Assembly (NCBI GenBank): GCA_043808805.1
Contig: JAZDEN010000031.1
Location: forward strand, 1 to 44,512
Length of the DNA stretch: 44,512 nucleotides
From: an archaeon
Lineage (GTDB): Archaea > Nanobdellota > Nanobdellia > SCGC-AAA011-G17 > VGLX01
Direction: 5' to 3'
Under the pieces are notes generated by a model, which worked only from the letters and a program-made list of their open reading frames with translations, was not told the origin of the DNA and did not search any database. This document shows, in pieces, positions 27,292-36,874 of this stretch. Numbering within the stretch: position 1 is the first letter of the stretch; each line of letters begins with the position of its first letter. A program made the translations under genes and the position numbers.

Positions 27292-28319
27292 CAAGGCTCA
27301 CCCCTAACCTTCCTCACAGCCTTCCTGAAAGCATAACCAGACAACCTCAAGGGATGAGCAAGACTAGGCCAGCCATAACGCTCATTGCAAGGACCACACA
27401 AATCATTACCTGTGAAATCATTCACGAGATGCTGCCTCCTCAACTTCAGCATATCAGCATTATTCCAAACATCCTTCAGGGATTCTTTCTTTAAATCACC
27501 AATAACATACTTACCATCATAATCATAACAGCAGGGAACAACACGACCATCCCACATGATAGTAATAGAACGCCAGGGAAGGAAGCAGGGATAGGCACAC
27601 TTCTTGCTTATCTTCTCCTTTGTTGAATCGTCAGCATGCTCAAGAATAGACTTCAAACCAAAACCAGTGAAAGGCTTTATGCAAACAGAATCAATACCGG
27701 GAATCTCCCACCTCTTCTTAAATTCCCCAACATTACCTTTCGTTGTCTTCATATAGATAAGGCCGACTGTAATCTCAGGAGTCCTGCTCTTATTCCTAAC
27801 TTTCAAATCAGCAAGATACTTAATGTTCTCAACAGCCTTATTGTAATCAGCCCTTGTGCCACGAATCTTCTTGTAAGAATCATCATCAACAGAATCAAGA
27901 GAGATATAAACACGGTCCAAACCAGACTCGATAAGCCTCTCAGACATGTTCCTAGTGAGCAGTATGGGATTAACAGAACAGTTAACAACAACACCCTTAT
28001 CATGACAGTACCTAATAAACTTGTCAATCTCAGGATGCATCAAAGGATCACCAAAATGATGGAGCTGGATATGGGTATCATAAACCTTCACCTGATCTAT
28101 GATTTTTTTGAATAGAGCAAAATCCATGTAACCAAGCTTACGCTTCATGAACTGCCTGGGACACATAACACAATTCATAGGACAATGATTGGTAGGCTCA
28201 ATCTGGAACACAATGGGATGGGAATTAACCCTGTCCTTCCTGGTGAAATACGAAAAAGCCTGGGCTAAATGAGTCCTGGAAAGACGTACACGATTCACAA
28301 AAGGATTAAGCCTCGACAT
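27291..28319 (-). CDS. Radical SAM protein with SPASM/twitch domain
   Basis: IEPTNHCPMNCVMC, GDPLM, ISLD, C-terminal CFLPW...GRVVPCC...IGDL...CGPC. Confidence 0.92.
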   Translation of the reverse strand: MSRLNPFVNRVRLSRTHLAQAFSYFTRKDRVNSHPIVFQIEPTNHCPMNCVMCPRQFMKRKLGYMDFALFKKIIDQVKVYDTHIQLHHFGDPLMHPEIDKFIRYCHDKGVVVNCSVNPILLTRNMSERLIESGLDRVYISLDSVDDDSYKKIRGTRADYNKAVENIKYLADLKVRNKSRTPEITVGLIYMKTTKGNVGEFKKRWEIPGIDSVCIKPFTGFGLKSILEHADDSTKEKISKKCAYPCFLPWRSITIMWDGRVVPCCYDYDGKYVIGDLKKESLKDVWNNADMLKLRRQHLVNDFTGNDLCGPCNERYGWPSLAHPLRLSGYAFRKAVRKVRGEP

Positions 28320-28417
28320 AGGGCAGGAAATAAGATGCTGTATTTAAATATCTTCTGCTGAATTACACAAAATTAATATATGGGCAGCATTTAGAGAGCA
28401 TGGGGGGGTAGTGTTAT

Positions 28418-29275
28418 ATGGTTGCTAAAATCAGCGTAGTAATACCAGTTTACAACGACGAAAAAAGGATAGGGCAGATACTAGAATCTCTAAAAAGACA
28501 GACATTCAAAGAGTTTGAAACAATAGTAATAGATGACGGTTCTAAAGATTCAAGCGCAGAAGTAGCAAAAAAATATGCAGACAAGGTTATTGTGAACCCA
28601 CACAGCGGACCAGCAGTAACAAGAAACACAGGAATAAAAAACGCAAAAGCAGACATAATAGCATTCACCGACTCTGACTGCATAGCAAAAGAGGACTGGC
28701 TTGGAAAGATAAACGAATTCTTCAAAAACAAAGAGAACAAGGTCATGATGGGAAGAACGGTAATACCCCCATCAACATTCATAGGGGACTCGATATCAGC
28801 GTTAGGCTTTCCAGCAGGAGGGCATGCAGGATTCGAGAACATGTGGAAGGTGAGCAAGGAAGGCTACACAGACCACTTATCATCATGCAACATGGCACTG
28901 AGGAAAGAAGTGTTTGAAAAACACGGCATGGTAGACGAAAGCTTCCCACTGGCAGGGGCTGAAGACACTGAATTATCATACAGGCTGACAAAAAACGGGG
29001 TAAAGATAAGATACAACCCCCAAGCAATCGTGGAACACGAGCCCAGAACAAGCATGAAATCATTCATAAGATGGCAGATAACAAGGGGAAGAAGCAACTA
29101 CCACTTCAAGAAAAAGGTCGGGAAGGTGAACGAATTCGTAAAGCTGAGAGCATGGTCAACAAAGAACATAATCAGGAAATACGCAACAGATCCAAAAATA
29201 GTAATGATAATACCGCTGATAGCAACAAGCTTCGCACTACAACAGTATGGTTACATGAAAGAGGCGTTAAGATGA
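28418..29275 (+). CDS. Glycosyltransferase family 2
   Basis: ISVVIPVYN, IDDGSKD, RNTG, FTDSD, AEDTEL. Confidence 0.93.
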   Translation: MVAKISVVIPVYNDEKRIGQILESLKRQTFKEFETIVIDDGSKDSSAEVAKKYADKVIVNPHSGPAVTRNTGIKNAKADIIAFTDSDCIAKEDWLGKINEFFKNKENKVMMGRTVIPPSTFIGDSISALGFPAGGHAGFENMWKVSKEGYTDHLSSCNMALRKEVFEKHGMVDESFPLAGAEDTELSYRLTKNGVKIRYNPQAIVEHEPRTSMKSFIRWQITRGRSNYHFKKKVGKVNEFVKLRAWSTKNIIRKYATDPKIVMIIPLIATSFALQQYGYMKEALR

Positions 29276-30735
29276 AGTCTGTGTTGTTAATATTTCCAGG
29301 AAACATCGAAAACCAGCCGAGGTTACCTTTTTCTATACTAGTCCTAGCATCCCACCTAAGGAAAAAAAATATACCAGTTGAAGTGTTGGATACAAGAGTC
29401 CAGCCTTACAACAATGTCAATTATGATAAATACATGCTGATAGGTGTTTCTGCAAAAACAGGCGAGCAGTTATCATCAGCAGTAAAGCTATGTAAGTATA
29501 TAAAGTCAAAGAGTAAAACCCCCATAGTATGGGGGGGGCCGCATGCAACTTTCTTCCCCGAACAGACATGCAAATCCGAACTCGTAGATTTTGTCGTAAG
29601 AAGCGAAGGCGAAGAAACTCTCTACGAACTTGTCAAAGCAATCCAAGAAAAAAAAGAATTTGAAAAAATAAAAGGACTCACTTTTAAAAGGGACGGTAAA
29701 GTAATAAGTAATGAGGACAGAGAATTTATAGATATGAATAAACTTGAAATACCTGCATATGACCTAGTAAATTTCAGTGACTACATAGATTCGGTAAAAT
29801 ACCTTACCATCGAAACAAGCAGGGGATGCCCCCATCGATGCTCATTCTGCTATGTACACCAATTCCACAAAAGAAAGTGGAGATTCAAAAGTGTACAAAA
29901 GGTCATAAGTGAGATAAAAGAAATAAGAAAAAAATATGGCGCTAACAGTTTCTTTATAGCAGATGATAATTTCTTCGTAATAAAGTCAAGGGTGATAGAA
30001 CTCTGCAATGAAATAGTCAAGAACCAATTAAATATAAAAATATTTGCACAAGCTAGGGCAGATTATTTTGCCAATTACTCAGAGGAAGAGCTGAACCTAA
30101 TAGCAAAATCCGGATTTGAATTCTTATCAATCGGAGCAGAATCTGGTTCACAACGCGTGTTGGACATGATAAATAAAGATATTAAAGTAGAGGACATATT
30201 CAACTCGGCAAAGAAATGTATAAATCATAAAATAAGACCTGTATACAGCTTTGTGATAGGTATACCGGGTGAAAGATTAAATGATCTGAATGTGACTCTT
30301 GATGCATACCAAAAACTTAGAAAAATATCAAAGAATGTGGAGGTAAGTGGACTGAATATCTTTACACCTTATCCTGGTACTCCACTTTATGAGGAAGCAA
30401 TAAAAAATGGCTACAAGCCTTATAAGACGCTTGAAGGCTGGGCAGACTGGAAATTTTCAGACTTGTCAAATATAACATGGCTTACCAAAAAAAGTAAAAA
30501 TAATCTGCAAACATTAGCAAAGCTTAGCCTCTTTATCTGCATAAGAGATAGACTTAACTCATACGGAAAAAAATTCAAACGAAAAAAAATAGGGACACTT
30601 CAAAGAAATATTCTATGGTACTTAGGAAGCCCTATCCTAAGCCTAGATGCTGCAATACGCCTAAAACTAAGGTTTTTCTCATTAGGATATGAATGGTTAT
30701 TGTTTGGAAAAATAGTAAGTGAAATGAACGGGTAA
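29272..30735 (+). CDS. Cobalamin-binding radical SAM protein (4 of 7)
   Basis: ATG 29272 (ATGA overlap with the GT2). WGGPHAT, SEGE, SRGCPHRCSFC, DDNFF, GAESG, TPYPGTPL. Confidence 0.93.
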   Translation: MKSVLLIFPGNIENQPRLPFSILVLASHLRKKNIPVEVLDTRVQPYNNVNYDKYMLIGVSAKTGEQLSSAVKLCKYIKSKSKTPIVWGGPHATFFPEQTCKSELVDFVVRSEGEETLYELVKAIQEKKEFEKIKGLTFKRDGKVISNEDREFIDMNKLEIPAYDLVNFSDYIDSVKYLTIETSRGCPHRCSFCYVHQFHKRKWRFKSVQKVISEIKEIRKKYGANSFFIADDNFFVIKSRVIELCNEIVKNQLNIKIFAQARADYFANYSEEELNLIAKSGFEFLSIGAESGSQRVLDMINKDIKVEDIFNSAKKCINHKIRPVYSFVIGIPGERLNDLNVTLDAYQKLRKISKNVEVSGLNIFTPYPGTPLYEEAIKNGYKPYKTLEGWADWKFSDLSNITWLTKKSKNNLQTLAKLSLFICIRDRLNSYGKKFKRKKIGTLQRNILWYLGSPILSLDAAIRLKLRFFSLGYEWLLFGKIVSEMNG

Positions 30736-30736
30736 A

Positions 30737-31465
30737 ATGGAAAAAATAATCATATTTGCAACACACCAAGATGATGAAGCAATAGGCACCGGAGGGCTTA
30801 TTGCACAAACTTTAAGAAAAGGGGCACAATTAAAAATCGTCTACACAACCACAGAGAATGATGTAAGAAAAGAAGAGGCAGAAAGGGTTATGAAAACAGT
30901 GGGCGTTAAAAAAGAATCGTTGATATTTTATGATTACCAAACATTAAAAAATAAAATCATTGTAAAAGAAGCAATAATAAGAACAAAAAAAATATTAAGA
31001 AAAGAGAACCCAACAAATATTTTTGTACCCAGCTATGAAGGGGGGCATATCGACCATGACCTTACAAGCTATATAGTAAATGAGACTAATGAAAAAAGAA
31101 TACCCACCTATGAGTATCCCCTTTATAACAACTATCCTTTGTATATCCCAATAAAAATTATGAGAAGATATACTGTTAAATGGCTGCCATTCATACATAT
31201 ATTCCCCCCCTTATTCATACCAAGACAAACTAGGGTTATTAAACTAAGGATGAGCGATGAAGACATCAGGATAAAAAGGGATATGTTGAAAGGTTACATG
31301 TCACAGAATAAAAATGACTACCTAATTAAAAACTTTCTTTACATAGACAAATTTAGATTATGCCCAAATTACAACTATAAGAGGCCACCTCATGGTTTAC
31401 TGCCATTAAATTATACAATAACAAGAAAACAAAGCTTCAAAGAATTCAGAGAGTTAATTAGTTAG
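30737..31465 (+). CDS. PIG-L/LmbE family deacetylase
   Basis: ATHQDDEAIG (HxDD), RKEEA, GGHIDH. Confidence 0.88.
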   Translation: MEKIIIFATHQDDEAIGTGGLIAQTLRKGAQLKIVYTTTENDVRKEEAERVMKTVGVKKESLIFYDYQTLKNKIIVKEAIIRTKKILRKENPTNIFVPSYEGGHIDHDLTSYIVNETNEKRIPTYEYPLYNNYPLYIPIKIMRRYTVKWLPFIHIFPPLFIPRQTRVIKLRMSDEDIRIKRDMLKGYMSQNKNDYLIKNFLYIDKFRLCPNYNYKRPPHGLLPLNYTITRKQSFKEFRELIS

Positions 31466-32429
31466 GTTTACTTTTAAAATAAGTCGCTATGTCTCTTATG
31501 ATATCATCCAAGCTGTGATCCACCTTGTAAGAAATAGTAGATCTTATCAATGAAATGTCAGGAACCCTTCTTGACATATCTTCAAAACCACGACCATAAG
31601 CTTTATCATAAGGAACGTAAACAATCTCCGAACTACTATTTGTCAACTCCTTCACTCGCAAAGCAAGATCCTTAATTGAAATTTCATTATCAGATCCTAT
31701 ATTGTAAATGTTACCTTCAGCCTCCGGGCAGTTAGATATGTCCACTAAACCCCTAACAACATCAAGCACATGCACAAAACACCTCACCTGGGAACCGTCT
31801 CCATAAACAGTGATAGCCCTGTTGTTTAAAGCTTGTTCAACAAAACGTGGAACTACCATGCCATAACGACCTGTTTGCCTAGGTCCAACAGTATTAAATA
31901 ACCTCATAATGGTAACAGGTAATTTCTTATCATCTCTGTAAGCAAGAGCAAAAAATTCATCAACAGCCTTACCGCAAGCATAACTCCACCTCATAATCTG
32001 AGCAGCCCCTAAAACGCGATCATCATGCTCACGAAAAGGTACCTTATCACTCTTACCATAAACTTCAGAAGTAGAAGCAAAAATAACTTTCTTATTGTAT
32101 TTAGCAGCTAACTCAAAAACATTCTCAGTGCCTATAATGTTTGTTTTCAAAGAATTCAGAGGATTTTTAAGAATGTACTCCACCCCCACAGCAGCTGCAA
32201 GATGATAAATAATATCTACTTTCTTAACCAAACTTTCAAGAAGCTCTTTATCAAGAACACTCCCTTCATTAAAATAAAAATTCTTATTATTCATTAGATG
32301 ATTAATATTGTCAATATTTCCAGTAGAAAGATTGTCTACAATACAAACCTTATGACCTCTATCTATAAGCACATCATTGAGATGACTGCCAATAAACCCT
32401 GCACCACCCGTAACCAAAACATTTTTCAT
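31458..32429 (-). CDS. NAD-dependent epimerase/dehydratase (UDP-uronate decarboxylase-like SDR)
   Basis: VTGGAGFIGSHL, HLAAAVG, STSEVYG, RWSYACGK, RLFNTVGPRQ, RRVPDI. Confidence 0.9.
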   Translation of the reverse strand: MKNVLVTGGAGFIGSHLNDVLIDRGHKVCIVDNLSTGNIDNINHLMNNKNFYFNEGSVLDKELLESLVKKVDIIYHLAAAVGVEYILKNPLNSLKTNIIGTENVFELAAKYNKKVIFASTSEVYGKSDKVPFREHDDRVLGAAQIMRWSYACGKAVDEFFALAYRDDKKLPVTIMRLFNTVGPRQTGRYGMVVPRFVEQALNNRAITVYGDGSQVRCFVHVLDVVRGLVDISNCPEAEGNIYNIGSDNEISIKDLALRVKELTNSSSEIVYVPYDKAYGRGFEDMSRRVPDISLIRSTISYKVDHSLDDIIRDIATYFKSKPN

Positions 32430-32431
32430 TT

Positions 32432-33703
32432 TTAAAGACTCTTATAGATAAAACCATTTTTAAAAGCTTCGGATTCATCAAAAAGATATTTAATATCAAC
32501 AAGAACAGGATTTTTGCCCATAATCTTAAGTAGTTTATCAAGTGTTAAAACTTTAAAACAGTCATGAGCAACGGCTAAAACAACGCAGTCGATGCCAACC
32601 AAACTTTCTATCTGAACAGATTCGATTCCAAACCTCTTAATTTCCTCATTAGAAAGCCAAGGATCATGAACATAAACTTTAATCCCAAACTCCTCTAAAC
32701 TATTAAACACCTCTAAAACCCTAGTATTCCTTGTATCATTAATATTTTCTTTAAACGTAAACCCTAAAATTAGTACCTTAGAATCTTTCAGAACCTTCCC
32801 TGCCTCATTAAGCCCCTTAATTACAAGTTCAGCCACATGTTTTGGCATAAAATCGTTAACATCCCGACCGGCAAGAATAACTTTAGGATGATAACCCACC
32901 TCCTCAGACTTATATAAAAGGTAATATGGGTCTACAGATATACAATGGCCACCAACAAGACCAGGAGTATATTTATGAAAGTTCCATTTGGTAGAGGCGG
33001 CCTCAAGAACATCTTTTGTCCGTATACCCATTCTATTAAAAATCAAAGCAAATTCGTTAATTAGAGCTATGTTGATATCACGCTGAGTATTCTCAATTAC
33101 CTTAGCAGCCTCAGCAACTTTTATATTCTTAGCCTTGAAAACACCCACTTTTATAATCTTTGAATAAATCCTGCAAAGCTCCTCTGCGGTTTCATCATCT
33201 ATACCGCTAACCACTTTAACAAGATTACTGACAGTGCGAATCTTATCTCCAGGACTAATTCTCTCTGGAGAATAACCAACTTTAAAATCCCCACCACACT
33301 TTAATCCTGAATTACTCTCTAAGATAGGTATACATACCTCTTCAGTAACCCCTGGATAAACTGTTGACTCATAAACAACTATACTCCCCTTACTTAAATT
33401 TCTCCCACAAATTTCTGAAGCATTTTCCAAAGGGTATAGATCTGGCTTTTTCGACTTTGTAAGAGGAGTGGGAACAGCAATAAATATGATGTTACATGAT
33501 TTTATATCACTCTCGTTATGCGTAAAAAAAATATTTGACTTCTTTAACTCGTCAGGCGTAAAATGCATTGTAGGATCCAATCCCTCTTTCAATTTCTTAA
33601 TCTTGTCTTTATCAATATCAAACACCACAGTATCATAATGTCGTGAAAATTCTACTGCCAATGGAATACCTACATAACCTGCTCCGATAATACATATCCT
33701 CAT
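32432..33703 (-). CDS. Nucleotide-sugar dehydrogenase (UDP-HexNAc 6-dehydrogenase, TviB/WbpO-like)
   Basis: GAGYVG, AVPTP, YESTVYPGVTEE, YSPERI, AEAAKVIENTQRDINIA, PGLVGGHCI, FKEN. ATG 33703. Confidence 0.93.
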   Translation of the reverse strand: MRICIIGAGYVGIPLAVEFSRHYDTVVFDIDKDKIKKLKEGLDPTMHFTPDELKKSNIFFTHNESDIKSCNIIFIAVPTPLTKSKKPDLYPLENASEICGRNLSKGSIVVYESTVYPGVTEEVCIPILESNSGLKCGGDFKVGYSPERISPGDKIRTVSNLVKVVSGIDDETAEELCRIYSKIIKVGVFKAKNIKVAEAAKVIENTQRDINIALINEFALIFNRMGIRTKDVLEAASTKWNFHKYTPGLVGGHCISVDPYYLLYKSEEVGYHPKVILAGRDVNDFMPKHVAELVIKGLNEAGKVLKDSKVLILGFTFKENINDTRNTRVLEVFNSLEEFGIKVYVHDPWLSNEEIKRFGIESVQIESLVGIDCVVLAVAHDCFKVLTLDKLLKIMGKNPVLVDIKYLFDESEAFKNGFIYKSL

Positions 33704-33835
33704 TTTTACTGCTAATTTAATAAAAAAGGGTATATAAAGATTATTAGAATGCAACAATTAGGTTTTAGATAAATCTCGGTTAGATTAGGAAACTATATAG
33801 AAAGTTATTTAAAATAAAGTTATAACCCTTAACTT

Positions 33836-35266
33836 ATGAAAATTTTGCTTATTAACCCCCCTTGGCCTGGTAAAGGCTTTGGAACAAGAAGCCAGAACAG
33901 AATAATAAAACAGAGGGCAGACAAGTTCCTACAGTTCCCACTCTACTTGGGCTATACATCGGCTATGCTGAAAAAGCTAGGCCATGATGTTTTCTACATA
34001 GACTCTGTAGTTCAAGAACTAAATGAAGAGCAGACAAACCAGAAAATCAAAGAGATAATGCCAGACGTAATATTGATGGAAACAACAACACCTTCAATAG
34101 AGTATGACTTCAAATACATAAACAAGATGAAGGAGCTGACAAACGCCTTCATAATAGCGACCGGAACCCATGTAAGCTACTTCCCAAAAGAATCGATGGA
34201 ACAGTGCAAGGGGCTGGACTTGATAATAAAAGGCGAGTATGACACAAGGATAGACCAGATAATAATAAACTTAAAAGACCTGGAAAAAGTAAAAGGGTTA
34301 ACATTCAGGAAAAAAGGGAAGGTAGTAGACACGGGAACCGCTGAACTTCCAGCAGACCTAGACTTCATGCCTTTCCCAGACAGGGATACTATACAACTAG
34401 ACTGGTATGGGGAAGCTTGGTACAACAAAAGACCATTCATGAACATCATGACATCAAGGGGGTGCCCGTATCAATGCACATTCTGTGTCTATCCCAACAT
34501 AATAGAAGGGCACAAATGGAGGAAGAGAAGCGTAGACAACGTGATAGCAGAGCTAAAATACGTGGTGGAGAAATATGGGGTAAAAGAGATAAACATCGAT
34601 GACCCAACATTCAACATAAGCAAGGAAAGGGTTATAGAATTCTGCAAGAAGCTGAGAGCCAACAAACTGAACTTGCTGTGGACCTGCAATGCAAGAGTGG
34701 ACAACATAGATGAGGAAATGCTGAGAGAAATGAAAAAATCAGGATGCAAGATGATAAGGTATGGGGTTGAGTCAGGCTCAATGGAAGTTTTGAACAAAAT
34801 GAAAAAAGGGATAACCATAGAGCAGATAAAGAGGGCTTTCAAACTCACAAAAAAACAGGGGATACTAGCACTAGGGGGGTTCATGTTCGGATTCCCATAT
34901 GACTCAAAAAAATCGATAGAAGAAACACTAAAACTTGCCAAAGAACTAAAACCAGACCTAATACAGGCATCAATACCTATGGCATACCCTGGAACACCAC
35001 TCTACGAAGAGGCAAAGAAAGAGGGCAAACTCATAATAAACTCCTGGAGCGATTTTGATATGACAAAAGGGCCTATAGTAAAAACTATAGATATGAACAA
35101 AGAAGAGTTGACAGAAATACTCAATAGAGTCTATAAAGAATTCTACTTCAGGCCAGGATTCATACTGCAAACATTATCTACTATAAGAAGGCCATCGGAT
35201 ATATCAAGGCTAACCAGGACATTCCTCAGTCTGGTAAGAACAGTCAGGTTTTACAAAAAAGAATAA
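33836..35266 (+). CDS. Cobalamin-binding radical SAM protein (5 of 7), HpnJ-like N-terminus
   Basis: NPPW..RSQNR, TGTH, GEYD, SRGCPYQCTFC, DDPTF, GVESG, YPGTPL. Confidence 0.92.
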   Translation: MKILLINPPWPGKGFGTRSQNRIIKQRADKFLQFPLYLGYTSAMLKKLGHDVFYIDSVVQELNEEQTNQKIKEIMPDVILMETTTPSIEYDFKYINKMKELTNAFIIATGTHVSYFPKESMEQCKGLDLIIKGEYDTRIDQIIINLKDLEKVKGLTFRKKGKVVDTGTAELPADLDFMPFPDRDTIQLDWYGEAWYNKRPFMNIMTSRGCPYQCTFCVYPNIIEGHKWRKRSVDNVIAELKYVVEKYGVKEINIDDPTFNISKERVIEFCKKLRANKLNLLWTCNARVDNIDEEMLREMKKSGCKMIRYGVESGSMEVLNKMKKGITIEQIKRAFKLTKKQGILALGGFMFGFPYDSKKSIEETLKLAKELKPDLIQASIPMAYPGTPLYEEAKKEGKLIINSWSDFDMTKGPIVKTIDMNKEELTEILNRVYKEFYFRPGFILQTLSTIRRPSDISRLTRTFLSLVRTVRFYKKE

Positions 35267-35268
35267 AA

Positions 35269-35808
35269 ATGTTAAAGAAAAAATTTACGAGCATGACAAT
35301 GAAACAAGCAATAAAACTAAGACCTGAAGAAAAAAAAATTATCGACATAGGCCCTGGAAGATATCCCAAGAAAGATGCCAACATATTTGTAGATATAGAT
35401 TACAAATTAATAAAACATCTTAAAAACCCGGTAGTTTGGGACCTCAACAAGATACCATACCCATTCGAAGAAGACTCTATAGACAAGATATACCTAGCAA
35501 GTGTATTAGAACACCTCCAAGCTCCAACAGCAGATGTACTGAAAGAGCTGTGGAGAATACTAAAATTCGGAGGGGTAGTAGTTCTAACACTACCAAACAC
35601 CTACTTCATAGTCAAAAGAATACAATTTCTACTGGGAATAATGCACAATAATTTCAGACCACAGCATAAGAAATACGTAAATTACTCTTTCATAAGGCAT
35701 ACAGTAAAAGAAGCAGGATTCTGGATTGAATCAGAACCTCACAAGTACCTACCCTTCAAGAACCTCCTCCTTCCAAGAATAGAGATGGTAATAAAGAAGG
35801 AAGTCTAA
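35269..35808 (+). CDS. Class I SAM-dependent methyltransferase domain protein
   Basis: IDIGPG, 'DLNKIPYPFEEDSID', VLEHL, ELWRILKFGG, PN motif. Confidence 0.82.
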   Translation: MLKKKFTSMTMKQAIKLRPEEKKIIDIGPGRYPKKDANIFVDIDYKLIKHLKNPVVWDLNKIPYPFEEDSIDKIYLASVLEHLQAPTADVLKELWRILKFGGVVVLTLPNTYFIVKRIQFLLGIMHNNFRPQHKKYVNYSFIRHTVKEAGFWIESEPHKYLPFKNLLLPRIEMVIKKEV

Positions 35809-35827
35809 ACAAAACAAGGATACAAAG

Positions 35828-36874
35828 ATGAAATTCTTAATAATAAGCTCTCTGGCAAGGAATACAGGCGGTTACCTTAGGGGCGAATACATGGCAAAAT
35901 CACTAAGGGATTTAAAACAAGATGTGACCTATGTAAAATCGTTCAGAAGGCTTCCATTCGAACTCTACTATATATTCTCATTACCTTACTATCTGTTCAA
36001 AGCCCTAACAACAAAAGCGGATGTTGCAATATGCTTGAAACCGTTCCCAAACGCAACAATCCCTATACTCCTAAAAAAGCTCTCAAAAACAAAAACTATC
36101 GTAGATATAGATGACCTTGATTATGGATTCAGCAAGCTAGGAAAAATTATCAAAGCAACACAAGTACCCTCAATAAAATATTTTGACTTGGTAACAGTAC
36201 ACAACGAAAACCTATACAACCTAGTAACCAGTGAATACAAAATCAGAAAAGATAAGGTTTACAAGATGGAACAAGGAGTTCCGTTAAATATTTTTGATCC
36301 TAAGAAATATGACCTAAAAAGAACGAGGGAAGAGCTTGGACTAACAAACAAAAAAGTTATAGGGTACCAAGGGCATCTCTCAAGATCATCAGATCTCGAA
36401 CCCATACTAAAAATCTTCAAGGAGGCCTCAAAAAACATAGACAATATGATATTGTTAGTAATAGGAGGGGGAGTAAAATACAAAAAATACGTCCAAATGG
36501 CCAAAGAAATGGGAATAGAAAACATAAGATTCACAAACTTTGTAAAGCCAGAAAGAGCAGCAGAGCTTGTAGCAATATCAGATGTGTGCATAGTATACTA
36601 TCCAAGGATAGAAGCAAACAAATACCGGGCATCGATGAAATTGAGAGAATACCTAGCAATGGAAAAACCAGTCATATGCAACTCTTTTGCGGACCTAGAG
36701 AGGTTTAAGGAGTACACATACCAATTCGATAAAGATGAAGAAGCAACAGAAGCATTCAAAAAAGCACTAAACCCAGATAAAAGGGAGACAAAAGGATATA
36801 AATTCGTAACAGAAAACATGTCATGGGAAATGATAGCTAAAGGCCTGCTACAGAGAATATCATCTATTTCTTAA
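35828..36874 (+). CDS. Glycosyltransferase family 4
   Basis: VDIDD, QGV...FDP, IGYQG, KLREYLAMEKPVI. Confidence 0.87.
   Translation: MKFLIISSLARNTGGYLRGEYMAKSLRDLKQDVTYVKSFRRLPFELYYIFSLPYYLFKALTTKADVAICLKPFPNATIPILLKKLSKTKTIVDIDDLDYGFSKLGKIIKATQVPSIKYFDLVTVHNENLYNLVTSEYKIRKDKVYKMEQGVPLNIFDPKKYDLKRTREELGLTNKKVIGYQGHLSRSSDLEPILKIFKEASKNIDNMILLVIGGGVKYKKYVQMAKEMGIENIRFTNFVKPERAAELVAISDVCIVYYPRIEANKYRASMKLREYLAMEKPVICNSFADLERFKEYTYQFDKDEEATEAFKKALNPDKRETKGYKFVTENMSWEMIAKGLLQRISSIS

Noticed and set aside
29071-29271. 67-aa N-terminal extension of the fourth B12-rSAM in the ORF track
   Set aside because: It overlaps the GT2 coding region. ATG 29272 gives the family-typical start and an ATGA coupling.
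29531-29538. G8 run (also G7 at 4386-4392 and 28402-28408, C7 at 31204-31210) as phase-variation tracts
   Set aside because: The runs are short, in frame, and encode expected residues (WGGPH, GGG, FPP) or an SD-like site. No frameshifted gene is seen. Only read-level length variation would revive the idea.
33836-35266. Calling the B12-rSAMs bchE, hpnJ/hpnP or grsA/grsB
   Set aside because: Generic family motifs do not distinguish these clades, and no chlorophyll, hopanoid or tetraether synthesis genes are present in the window.
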